Below, piece by piece: positions 1-11,399 of a DNA stretch of 64,000 nucleotides; the stretch's first letter is position 1, and the number at the start of each line of letters is the position of its first letter. Location: positions 4,396 through 68,395 of the forward strand of contig MCFE01000479.1 in NCBI GenBank assembly GCA_002104905.1, written 5' to 3'. The position numbers and the translations under genes are program-made. The stretch is from Basidiobolus meristosporus CBS 931.73 (lineage: Eukaryota; Fungi; Basidiobolomycota). The notes beneath the pieces were generated by a model. It had not been told where the DNA came from and ran no database searches. It worked only from the letters and a program-made list of their open reading frames with translations.

Positions 1-395
1 GTGATCACTGCTACCTGCTGCTACCTGAACTTCCAACCCTAGACCACAGGACACTCCCAGGAAACCGCGCTGATAGCCAACTGACCTTGGAGGCACTACT
101 TGTGAGGAATACTCAGAGTAGGTATCTTTTATTATATTTGATTCTTTCCCAAGTTTGTTCTTGTACAGGCAAAGATACTTTTCTGTCTTTGTAAGTATTG
201 ACCAAAGCTGCATTCTTATCAAGTCCCTGCTGGTGGAGTTTACAGTTGTTTTGACTTTGGAAGCTTTAGTACATTGTCATCTCAAAGGACGCTGAACCCA
301 GCACATACTTTTGTTAAGACGCCAACTAAGTTGGGGATTGTAGCTCAATAGTTTTCCCTTGACAAGCTTGTGGCTTTATTCCCCTTCACATTAGA

Positions 396-1163
396 TTAGA
401 GACAGAACGCAAGTATTCCTAGCAAGCTTTTGCCAGAGGTTATCGCACCCAGTGAACACCCCACACACAAAACACTTGAGAAGTGTTGGACGTATCTCTC
501 CCTTGGACTTATACACCACCACAGCGGCAGATTCAGATTGATGAAAATCAGTGGCCAGCAGGATTTGCTGGTAGAGTACTTGTTTAATGAGAATCCATCA
601 AGTGCTAAAGCAAAGGCATAGTCATACATACCTTCAAAGTAGCCCTTGCTTCTTAGTTTTTTGTAATGTTTGCCATTGAATATATCAGATATGTTTGCGC
701 TTGATTGATACTGAGTGTGGTACTGTATAGCTTTGCAATATTTGTCAGACTGCATCAGCTTCCTCAGACAGGGTATGACTGGAATATATCTGGAGTGTGA
801 ACAATGTTTTCCCTCAAAGGTGGTGGATTCCTGACAATTTGGACATGTTGCAAAGGTAGCATTTTTGGATGTGAATGCCATGCTACTGTTAACACATTCT
901 GGTATCACGACAGTCTCTGGATCATATGTTGCCAGCTGTATGATGGTTGTCCACTTGTACCATGTACATGGTAAGTTGCATCCTGGTATGATTTTGGCAA
1001 GAAGTAGTAATAAATCCTCAAAGCCCCCATTACTGATATTAGTGGAAACACGCCACTTCTCTAACCACAACATTACATCATTCACCAGCAGATGGATTAC
1101 TGGGCTCACTTGGCTCCATAAAGTATCCTTTGTGTTTGTTTCAACAGGTGTTGTCTCTTGCAT
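396..1163 (-). mobile_element. Decayed En/Spm (CACTA) Tnp2-family transposase; remnants probably extend from window start to ~1500
   Basis: ORF carries CPNC zinc motif, RYIPVIPCLRKL, SDIFNGKHY, LALDGFS and SCWPLIFINLNLP, the typical Tnp2/Transposase_21 motif series; frame breaks down at both ends; region is CpG-poor. Confidence 0.8.
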
Positions 1164-1518
1164 ATAGGGATTTGACCAGGTTCATACATGGTACTGTTGT
1201 TAGGGGAGATAGGCTCAAAATCCATCTGTGAACCTTCTTTGTCAGAGCTAATACTCTGCGTGCCATATTCAGAAGGCTGAGATGAGCCTAAAGGCATCAC
1301 AAACTCACCTGACTCAGTTTGCGCAAGGTGACAAAGACAGCCAGGTGCCAATATAGAAGTATCAACTGGCCGGCAAGATAATGTTGGTACAGTAGTGACC
1401 AATGAATGGTCAAATATGACTTGGGTGGCAAAACACTGGCCGTTATCCTTGTAATACTTCCTATGCTGTCTGCTGCTTCATGGCTGAGAGGCTTGCCACA
1501 ATAGCCACATGGTCTTTT

Positions 1519-1867
1519 TGTTGTAAGAGTCTTGGAGATATTGGAAGTGATTTGGAGAACAAGTAGATTATGTGGTTTTCACTTAATGATTTATTGAATG
1601 TAAAAGTAGTATTTATACTTTTACCTGGTCTTGGCATTACAAACACGTAGAATAGGTTAAGGAAGGTCCCAAGAACATGTGTGCAAAGTTTGGGGCTGTT
1701 TGGACAACTTTGAGAATTTTCATGTTCTGGGTACCTGGTATTTTGGTGAAAATATTCTAAGTAAATCCCAACAAGGAATTTGGTCAGTATTTTCTAGGAT
1801 TTGAAGGTAATGATCTAAGTGACTAAGTTAGGTGAATATTTAGGTGGAAATACAAATTTTTACAACA
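1519..1867 (-). repeat. 3' LTR of copia element 1
   Basis: 349-bp direct repeat of 5855-6203 with 11 substitutions counted by eye; TG/CA termini with TGTTGTAA inverted ends. Confidence 0.95.
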
Positions 1868-1876
1868 CTCCCACTC
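1868..1876 (-). promoter_or_regulatory. Polypurine tract of copia element 1
   Basis: GAGTGGGAG on the minus strand, directly abutting the 3' LTR just after the pol stop. Confidence 0.85.
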
Positions 1877-1878
1877 AG

Positions 1879-4800
1879 CTAAATGTTCATACTGACTAGT
1901 CCTAATTTTGACCTAAGATATTCAAACTTGTCTCTAGCTAATGGTTTGGTAAATATGTCTGCAATCATTTCATCTGTAGGACAGTAAACTAAGCTAACTA
2001 AGTTATTCTCTATAGCTTCACGTATGAAATGATGTCTAATATCTATGTGCTTGGTTCTAGCATGAAAAGTTAGATTTCTACCTAATTGTATACATCCTTT
2101 ATTATCTTGAAATAAAGTAATAGGCGTTTTTTGACATAGGCCTAAATCTGTTAAGAGTTTTCTTAACCACATTGCTTCTTTTTTAGCTTCACAGGCTGCC
2201 ATATACTCTGCCTCTGTAGTAGAAAGTGCTACGGTTGGTTGCTTTCTTGAATTCCATGAAATTGCTCCTTTACAGTAAAGAAAGGTGTATCCTGTGGTGG
2301 ATCTTCTGTCTTCTAAATTTCGTCCCCAATCAGCATCAGAGTATCCCACAAGATCCTGTTCTGAATCCTTATAAGTGTATCTTAAGCAGATATCAGCAGT
2401 TCCTTTTAGGTATCTAAAAATCCGCTCAACTGCTGCAATATGATCAGATCCATAATTCTGATTATGTTGGCTGACAACTCCCACTGAATATGAGATATCT
2501 GGACGTGTTCCAAGCATGATATACATCAGACTGCCGACCATAGATTGATAAGGAAAGTCAGGGCTTTCAGATGGCACCAAGCTCTCTTGATTTGGTTGAG
2601 TTTTGACCAAGTTAAGGTTTGTCTCCATTGGGGTAGCTGCCGGTTTACAGTCTTCCATTTTGTACTTCTTTAGTATATCTTGAATATACTTGGATTGGCT
2701 TAGGGTAATAGTCTGGGTACTTCTGTCTATGGAGAACTTAATCCCTAAGTAGTAACTGAGTTCTCCTAGATCGGACATCTTGAACTCCTTAGATAGGCTG
2801 GATTTAGTCTCTTCCAATGTTTCTAGGTTATTGGTGGCTATAATAAGATCATTTACATATAGAGCTAATAGAACTGGATTTGCTCTATCTGGCTTATAGT
2901 ATATACTATAGTCAGCATTACTCCTTTTGAAACTCAAAGATTCCAAATAAGAATCTATCTTGCAATTCCAGGCTCTCGGCGATTGTTTGAGACCATATAG
3001 TGACTTTTTAAGCTTGCAGACCAAATGGGGGTTATCTTGGTCAACAAACCCATCTAGCTGGTCCATATACACGTCCTCATCAAGTTCTCCATTCAAAAAT
3101 GCAGTTTTTACATCCATTTGATGAATAAAAAACTTATATTTGGCTGCAATAGCCAATATTAATCTGATGGAATTAAACTTGGCTACCGGTGCAAAGGTCT
3201 CAGTATAGTCAAGTCCTTTTGTTTGAGAATATCCTTTGGCTACAAGTCTTGCTTTGTATCTTTCAATTGTACCATCAGCCTTGTACTTTGTCTTGAAGAC
3301 CCATCTGCATCCAATTGATTTTCGGTTGATTGGTAATTTGACTAAGTCCCAAGTTTGATTTTCCATCAGGGCCTGATATTCCTCAGTCATTGCAGATCTC
3401 CAAAACTTTGTCTGAGGGCTATTTAGGGCCTCTTTTACAGTCTGGGGTTCATCAATATGGACTGAATAGGCATAGGCTAAGTTTGTACCCTCATTAATAT
3501 AGTAATTTGGGCTATTTCTTGTCCGATTTGATCTCCGGGCATTTGATACTGGAATGATCACTTCTGGGATATTCCTGGGCACTGATTCTGGCTGAACCAC
3601 GGTTGTAGAGTCCTCTGGAGTGAAAAAATTTTCATTGTTTTGCTCTGATTCAATCCTGACAATTGGTGGACTTGAGATCAAATTTTTGTCATCATCTGAT
3701 GTCATTTTTTGTGAAAATTTTGAATTTTCATCAAACAACACATCCCTGGACTTGATAAGCTTCTTTGCTTTGGTATTTTAGAGTCTGTATGCCTTACTCT
3801 CATTGCAGTAGCCCAAAAATATGCATTTTACACTTCTTGGCTCAAATTTTGACTGATTTCCGGACAGTTTTTTGGCATATGCTGTACACCCAAATATTCT
3901 TAGATGTTCTGCACTTGGTCTGTATCCATACCATGCTTCAAATGGAGTAGAATCACAAAGTATTCTGTTATAACTCCTATTTTTAAGGTATACAGCAGTA
4001 GCAACTGATTCCGCCCAAAAATCATAGGATAATTTTTGATCATGGATCATAGATCTTGCCATATCAATTATTGATCTGTTAGCTCGTTCTGCTACTCCAT
4101 TTTGCTGTGGGGAGTATGGTACAGTAGTCTCTTGCTTTATCCCATGAATTTTGCAGAAGTGGATGAAGAGTTTTGAGGTATATTCTCCACCATTGTCAGA
4201 GCGTATTTTCTTGATTTTTTCACCAGTTTCTCTCTCCACCATGGCTTTAAACTCCCTGAACTTAGACAGAGCTTCTTCCTTTCTCTCCATGAAGTAGACC
4301 CATGTGCATCTTGTATAATCATTAATAAAAGTAATTAAATACTTCATCCCGCCTAAGGATAAATTTTGCATAGGTCCACACAGATCTGAGTGAATTAGAT
4401 CTAATTTTTTCTTAGTTTTGATTAACCCAGAGCTCTTGAACGGCTGTCTGGCTTGTTTCCCATATATGCAGGCTTCACAGTGCTCCAAATTAGCTGGGGG
4501 ATCAATTTTCACTCCAGAAATTAGCTGATCTTTGATCATTCTACGCAAATAATCAAAATTGATGTGTCCAAATTTCCTGTGCCAAAGCGTTGGTGTTTCT
4601 TCATTTAAGTTACTTATATTGGCTTCCAGATATGATGGAATATAAGTCAACTTGTATAGATTCTGATCTCTGATGCCCGAAGCAATATGAGCACCATTTT
4701 GATCAGTGATCCTGCATCCAGAATTGTCAAAACTGAAACTGAGTCCTTCTGCTGTGGCCTTGCTTACAGAGAGTAGGTTCTTGACTATTTCTGGTACATA

Positions 4801-5850
4801 GAGTACTTCTTTAAAGGTCAATGTATGGCTTCCTTCACTGCTTCTAAGGTTTACTTGGATAGTTCCTTCTCCCACTGCATCAAGTGTTCTATTGTCACCC
4901 ATGAAAACCTTCTTAATTGGAATTTCTTGATATTGGGTAAAAAGTTCTTTTTGGTGTGTAAAGTGTTGAGAAGCTCCAGAGTCAATATACCACGTCTGAG
5001 AATCCTTGTTTGTGGTCATATTTAGTGCAGATATGAATAGTCTATCTTCAGTTGTTGCAGCATTTCCATATTCAGGCTTCTTTTGCTGATAATCTCTCTT
5101 TTTGAAACACCGGTCTGATGTGTGTCCTTTCCTTATGCGGTAGTTGCAAAATAGGTTGCTGTTGCCTTTGTAGGGTCTTGGGTACCTCCTTTGTTGGTTA
5201 TCATTGCTTATTAAAGCATTTTCTTCTTCCTTCTTATTGGTGCTTGATTTTCTTAATTCTTCATCCAGGAGCCTTCCATATACGTAATTTAAGGTCAAAT
5301 CTTCAGTTCTGGACTCTAGGGCTGATACAAGGCCCTGAAACTCGTCTGTCAGGCTATTCAGGATGGTAACTATCACATCCTCATCAGTAGTTGGTACGCC
5401 CACAGATTCCATCTCATCTACCAGCAGGGTAATTCTGTTAATTAGATTTTTCATTTCTTCTCCTGGCAGCATCTTTGTAGTAAGGAATTTTCTTCTCAGA
5501 TACATTTTCTTGGCAGCTGAACATGACTGGTAGGTGTCTTCTAATGCTTTCCAGGCATTCTTTGCCGTTTTTGCTCTTGAGCATTGAATTAGCAATTTGT
5601 CCTTGACATTAAGGCAAATGCAGTTAAAGGCACTTTGTTCTTTCTTCTGGTACTTTAAGGCTTCCTCTCCCACGTTTTTAGGAGGGCATTCTTCTCCCAT
5701 GACAATATCCCAAAGGCCTCTTTCTTGTAGCAGCATCTTCATCTTCACCTTCCACACTTGGTAGTTAGATCCATCCAACTTTTCAGCAGAGGGAAAAATT
5801 CCAGTAATAGCAGAAGTAGACATTGCAGAGAGTGACAGCTTGGGGCTCAT
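1879..5850 (-). pseudogene. Copia gag-pol polyprotein with one premature stop
   Basis: ORFs 3778..5982 and 1879..3741 share a frame, split by TAA at 3778-3780 (TAC in the second copy). Motifs: WYIDSGAS protease, WHRKFGH/CEAC, HSDLCGP-RSDNGGEY-NGVAER integrase, RT (YVND), YSDADW RNase H. Confidence 0.93.
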
Positions 5851-5854
5851 AACC
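5843..5854 (-). promoter_or_regulatory. Primer-binding site GGTTATGAGCCC (Ty5/copia type, initiator-Met tRNA anticodon-arm primer)
   Basis: Directly follows the 5' LTR; matches the known Ty5/copia-type PBS; identical in element 2 (61062-61073). Confidence 0.88.
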
Positions 5855-6203
5855 TGTTGTAAGAGTCTTGGAGATATTGGAAGTGATTGGGAGAACAAGC
5901 TGATTATGTGGTTTTCACTTAATGATTTATTGAATTTAAAAGTAGTATTTATACTTTTACCAAGTCTTGGCATAACAAACACGTAGAATAGGTTAAGGAA
6001 GGTCCCAAGAACATGTGCGCAAAGTTTGGGGCTGTTTGGACAACTTTGAGAATTTGCATGTTCTGGGTACCTGGTATTTTGGTGAAAATATTCTAAGTAA
6101 ATCCCGACAAGGAATTTGGTCAGTATTTTCTAGGATTTGAAGGTAATGATCTAAGTGACTAAGTTAGGTGAATATTTAGGTGGAAATACGAATTTTTACA
6201 ACA
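5855..6203 (-). repeat. 5' LTR of copia element 1
   Basis: 349 bp, TG...CA, contains TATAAATA and AATAAA in element sense; followed by the PBS. Confidence 0.95.
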
Positions 6204-6403
6204 CTTTTTTCTCTTCTCTTATGGCATTGAGTCAAGGTAGTCTTGTACATTGGGCAAACAGTTTGACCTTCAACAACATAACGCTATTATATCACTTTTT
6301 GGTCAATACTCAGGTGAACTTAAGACAGTCATGTATTTGAGACATTGCACCTACATGAATATGTAACACTATTTCCCATTTGGTTTGACTCACCTCCATA
6401 TAT

Positions 6404-7425
6404 ATGCCGCCAAAAAATAAAGCAAAGTTGTCTGGTTCTCAACCAAACCCCACTGCTGACGGCAACAGAAGAACGGTTGGAAAACAGCTTGCTTTGACAT
6501 TCAGTGCAACAAGCAGGGCTACATCCAAAAAAGGCCCTGTGGACAGTGTGCCCATTAATGGTAATAATGCGGACTCCTCAGGCTCTCAGTCAAGTAGGCA
6601 ATTGAGAACCTCTGCAGAGCCACAAGCTGACCATTATGCTCAGGCAGATGAGAATGTAGCAAATGCAGTATCCTCTGTTGAAGATTGGCAAGTGGCCATG
6701 ATAACATCACCACCACCCGTATTAGCAAGTATGTTGTCAGCTCATACCAAAGTATTAATGAAGCAATTAGGTGCAGTGGCTGATAGGATAGATGCAATGG
6801 CCCAGAGAAATCAGGAAGTAGTCCAGAAACAGGATGAGCGGATAATACATGTAGAGCAATCAATATCCCAGGTAGGGAAAGCAGTATCTTTGCTACAAAG
6901 AAGGAACTCAAGTAGCTCAATGTCACAGCCAAAAATTGAGCCATTTCCCAATATAACAGCAGAGGAACACCGTACAATCTTTGAAGCACAACAACAGTGC
7001 CCAAAGATAAAGCCCACAGAAAAACCTATCACAGCATGGGAGGGAGACAATGTAGTGTTTATACCAAAGCCTAAAGATCAAAAGATATTGACAATCCATG
7101 AAGCTGTTGAGTGCAATAATGAAGAGTGGGCTAACATACAAGAGGCCGTCATAAGTCTAGTATGCATCACCTTAAGGCCAGCATACCATGGGACCATCAG
7201 GAACTCAAGGCCAAGCAGAATGCACTTGACTTGTTCCATGAGCATTATCCTAGATTCAAATGGGCAAACAGATTTTGGGCCAGCATTTGTATGCTAAGAA
7301 AGTATCTTAAGAGTAGCAGAAACTATCAAAGGCAGAAGAACAAGGGTGCCATGGCTAAAAACCAGCAGCTTCCTCAAGAGCCTGTTACAAGCAGGGGCAA
7401 AAGCTCCAGACAAGCATCAAAGTGA
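6404..7425 (+). pseudogene. Frameshifted transposon-associated accessory ORF (possibly the CACTA partner/TnpA-like gene)
   Basis: 297-aa ORF with a coiled-coil-like middle shifts frame near 7160 into IPWDHQ..KAKQNALDLFHEHYPRFKW...WASICMLRKYLKSSR, resembling helical domains of fungal TE accessory proteins. Divergent from the Tnp2 ORF and within the CpG-poor block. Family assignment is inference. Confidence 0.45.
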
Positions 7426-7429
7426 CGTC

Positions 7430-7775
7430 AGGCAGCTGGAAGAGTGCCAATTTAGGACAAGCAGGCAGATATGGATGCACCAGCACAGCACTCATCAAGG
7501 AAAAAGCGTAGTACTACTCAAGAAGCACCCAGTCAAAGTAGCAGTAAAGGACCTGGCAGTGACAAAAACCAGCCGCTTTACAGGAGCCTGTTACACCTAC
7601 GGTTGAGAGCTCAAAACAAGCTGAAAATAAATGTCAGGTTGCCAGAAGAGTGCCAGCAAGGGACAAGCAGGCCAAAACAGATGCATCAGAGCAGAGCTTA
7701 TCCAGGAGAAAATGTAGTTCTTTACAAGAAGCACTCAGACAAAGTAGCAGTGAAAGACCTGGCAGTGATAAGGGA
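7430..7775 (+). repeat. Imperfect direct repeat, ~140-bp units, period 206 bp
   Basis: AGAGTGCC...GACAAGCAGGC...CAAAGTAGCAGT..AGACCTGGCAGTGA occurs from 7441 and from 7647. Confidence 0.85.
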
Positions 7776-7869
7776 AAAAGTAAAGGGAAAAATGTCTACC
7801 CAAGCCTGAGACAGGGAGGCATGCAAAAAAAACTGCAGTTCTCACCAATTAACGCCACAAGCCAGGAAC

Positions 7870-9765
7870 AGACTGAATCCCATCATAGCCAAGAAGAATT
7901 ACCAGCAAGAAAACAGCTGTTTTCACAAGAGTTGGAAGTGCAGCCAGGTGAGCTACACTCCAGCAAGGTAGATGAGTTTGCTGAAAAAGGCAATTTGACT
8001 ACCACAGCCTCTACAGCCTCCATTGTTGACAGAGTGGAGATCCCACTGACAGACAAGGCTACAATATCAAGAGCTCAAAAGACTATCACAATGCCTTCAG
8101 TGGAGTTTTGGAACATCAATAGGCACACCAAGAGGTTGCAGCACTTCTTCAAGAGCAGTGCTCAAGAAAACGCACTGTAATACTGCAAGGATTTAGCAAA
8201 GACTGGCAGATGAGGAGCTAGACCTTGCAGTGCTGGCTGAAGACCAGGATGTGTGGGAACCAGTGAATGAACAGTGGCATAAAGCCACTGGGTTCCGCCA
8301 AAGTTGTGGAACCAGAGCGTTACAGCAGAAATACTTATTGAGTGGTGGATTTTAATGGAGTTACTTGTTGAGTGTGGGGTTGGGCTTAATGTTAGTGTAG
8401 GGTATAGAGACTTGTATAGGTCAATACAATTGGAAATTGAGGTACAACTGAAGTTTCAATGGAAATAAATCAATTTGTACACATGGAAAGTAAGAGAAAC
8501 AGTTGAGTCAGGAAGTAAGGAGTGTGAAAAAGAGGCAATAGCCAGTCAATTCACACAAACATAGGAGGCAATAGAGTGTCCGGGATCAGAAAGTGAGCAA
8601 ATTGGCAGGGAACCAATCAAAAGCCACTTATACATTGTTGTGATGAAAAATTTTGACAAAGTTTTTTGTGAAATCTGGGGTGCAATTATTTTTCAACAGT
8701 CTCTGGATGGTGTCCTGACAAGATCAGTACCTCTTAGTCATGGGACATTAACTTTGTGACAGCCTTTTGAAGGGATCATCTCAATAACTTTTCATAGGGA
8801 AAGCTACAGTCCTTATGGATTAATGCCATAAGCCTAGAACAGGCTGAGTTCCATGACAGTCCAGAAGAATTGCCAACAAGACATCAGAAGTTATCACAAC
8901 TGTTGGAAGTACAGTCAGTTGAGCTACACTCCAGTGTGGTAGATGGGCTTGCAGAGAATGGCAGTTTGTCTACAACTACCCCTACATCCTTTATTGAAGA
9001 CAGAGTGAAGATCCCACTGACAGACAAAGCAACAATGTAAAGTACTCCAAAGACTATTACAATGCCTGCTGTGGAATTTTGGAACATTAATAGGCACATC
9101 AAGATGTTGCAGCACATCTTCAAGAGCAGTGCTCAAGAAAACACACCTGAATATTGCAAGGACTTATTTCAAAGACTGACAGATGAATTGCTAGACCTTG
9201 CTGTGCTGGCTGAAGACCAGGATGTATGGGAACCAGTGAGTGAACAATGGCCTAAAACCATAGGGCTCCCACTAAAGTCATGGAAAAAGGGTGTTTCAGC
9301 AGAAATTCTTATTGAATGGTGGATTCAATGGAGTTACTTGTTGAGTATGGAGGAAGACTTAATGTTAGTCTTGGGTATAGGGACTTGTATAGGTCAGTAC
9401 AATTGGCAACTGAGTTACAGCAGAAGTTTCAGCAGAAATTAGCCAATATGTATTCATGAAAAGTAAAAATATTGTTTGAGTCAGGAAGTAAGTAGTGTAG
9501 AAACAGATTAATAGCTAATCAATGTACACAAATGTAGGTGGTAATTAGGGTCTGGGATCAGAAAGTGAGAAAATTGGCAGAGAACCAATTAAACGCCACT
9601 TATGTATTGTTGTGATGAAAAGCTTTGACCAAGTTTTTTGTGAAATCTGAGGTGCAATTTTTTTAATGATCATTGCATAGTGTACTGACAGGATCAATAC
9701 CTCTTAGTCATGGGATTTAAATTTTGTGACAGCCTTTTGATGGGATCATTTCAATTTTTTTCATA
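7870..9765 (+). repeat. Diverged tandem duplication, period ~971 bp
   Basis: Shared anchors, e.g. TCCCACTGACAGACAA at 8041 and 9012, and AAGAGCAGTGCTCAAGAAAAC and GGGATCAGAAAGTGAG in both units; both encode a decayed VEFWNINRH..LQH.FKSSAQEN...EILIEWWI segment. Confidence 0.9.
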
Positions 9766-11399
9766 GGGTAAATTACTTATAACTCAAAATGGAGGGAGAG
9801 CACCAATTGAATATCAGCAAAATGTAATATGAAATCCAAGTATGAGATTTTTTATATCAATATTATCCCATACTTCAGTAATGATGCTGTTACAATGCAT
9901 GATGTTTGCTGACTAATAGATCTATATGTGCCATTGCACCCTGGCCTACTTATATGCTCATGGCAATAGGAAATGCTGTATCCAAGAGAAAAGTGTAATA
10001 AAACTCTTGAATGGTTTAACTGAACCTAGGGGACTACTAAATGCAGAGTCTTAGAATTGTCAGAGAGTGGTATATAGCTGGGTTTGGCTAAAAAGGCAAC
10101 AGAGTTGGTTGGCTATGCAGGCTAGGCTTGGTATTCATGGAAGTGCTAGATATGCTAGGCTTGGGTAGAAACCAGAATGTAATTGTTGAGTTCTCACTTT
10201 TGCTGAGACACAATCTTAATTTTGTTGAGACACACACTAAACCAAAAGGTTCAGTACACTTAATTTATACTTTTCTGATCAAGTTGAATTAGTGAGTGCC
10301 AATAGACTGGATTAATGGAAATCAGTTTTGATGTGGATAGGTGCATAAGATAAATGAAAATTGCATCATCAATCAGTTGATGTCTTAGCAACTGCCATGC
10401 GGTTGGATAGATCTCAGATGACTAATCACTTGGAAAGGCTTAGCAGATCAGTTGAGGACATAAAGACCACATGAAAATTGATCAGGTGTGACAGCTAAAA
10501 ATAGATTCTGAGAAGTGATAAAATAAACCATAACTGGGATTAGTTATGTTTGGGTTAGGGAAAATCAGTTAGGGTACTAGATTTTCTAATGGAGTAAAAT
10601 TGGCCAAGTTTTCAATGTTGCTGCACAACAGGGAACTTAGACTTGTGGATTTATTGTATGCTTTATGTAGTCAATGTTCAGAGGATTTTGGGAAATCTTC
10701 AGGGAAGTTGGATGTGAAGTTTGAGTGTTTGGGTGCTTCAAAAGTTTGGTAACTTGTATTCTCACTCTTTACAGGGATATGCATTGGCTGGTTATTTACT
10801 AACCCCCAGAACCAATCATGAAATCATACAAGATGCCAAACTAATAACTTGCAACCAAACCATACATCCTGCCAGGTGCCCCGAAATGCTATCAGACACC
10901 TGTCCTAGTCACTTAAATGGAGAGTGGCACAAGATGCACAGAGTTGAAAGCCATTTCCCACTTTCACAGAACTTTGCAAAACTCATGAAACAAATTTGCT
11001 GGGGAAAGTTGAGAATTTGGGATCCTTTGGACCGCTGGAATTTACCAGGGCAGAAATCACCAGCACTTATGGTCCAGGGTGTGTACTAATAGAGTAACTG
11101 AACCTTTTTCCTGGACATCTGTATTGCTGCGTCGGAATTTAGTTGGAATGGAGCCTTCACTTCTGGGGATTACTAGAAGATCCCATACATTCTATTTGAT
11201 CTCCGGACCTTTTCACTTACCTCTTTAACACTAGTCGATTAGATTGCCTAACCAATGAATATTTATGTTGACAACCTACAAACCATTCGCAGCATTCATG
11301 CGCGCAATATCCCACCCAACCACTGGCATTCTAGCTGGCTATAAGCACCACGAATGAAAGTGGATTAGGATACCATGGCAAGGCTATGTGTGTACCCAA

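Larger units (their letters stand above)
1519..6203 (-). mobile_element. Complete Ty1/copia LTR retrotransposon (4,685 bp), inactivated
   Basis: Two 349-bp TG...CA LTRs, PBS, PPT, 5-bp TSD CTTTT (1514-1518 and 6204-6208); gag-PR-IN-RT-RH order diagnostic of copia. Confidence 0.97.

Noticed and set aside
1461-1646. 61-aa ORF MFVMPRPGK..., and the same extension on ORFs 3778..5982 and 60934..61425
   Set aside because: It is simply the LTR read in frame; its start lies upstream of the LTR TATA box, so it is unlikely to be on the transcript.
10290-10294. TAGTG as a possible CACTA right terminus
   Set aside because: A 5-mer alone; the matching left end is not in the window and no subterminal repeats were found.
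10244-11108. 12-bp perfect inverted repeat AAAAGGTTCAGT / ACTGAACCTTTT as possible MITE TIRs
   Set aside because: Does not extend, has no TSD, and a match this short is expected by chance in AT-rich DNA.
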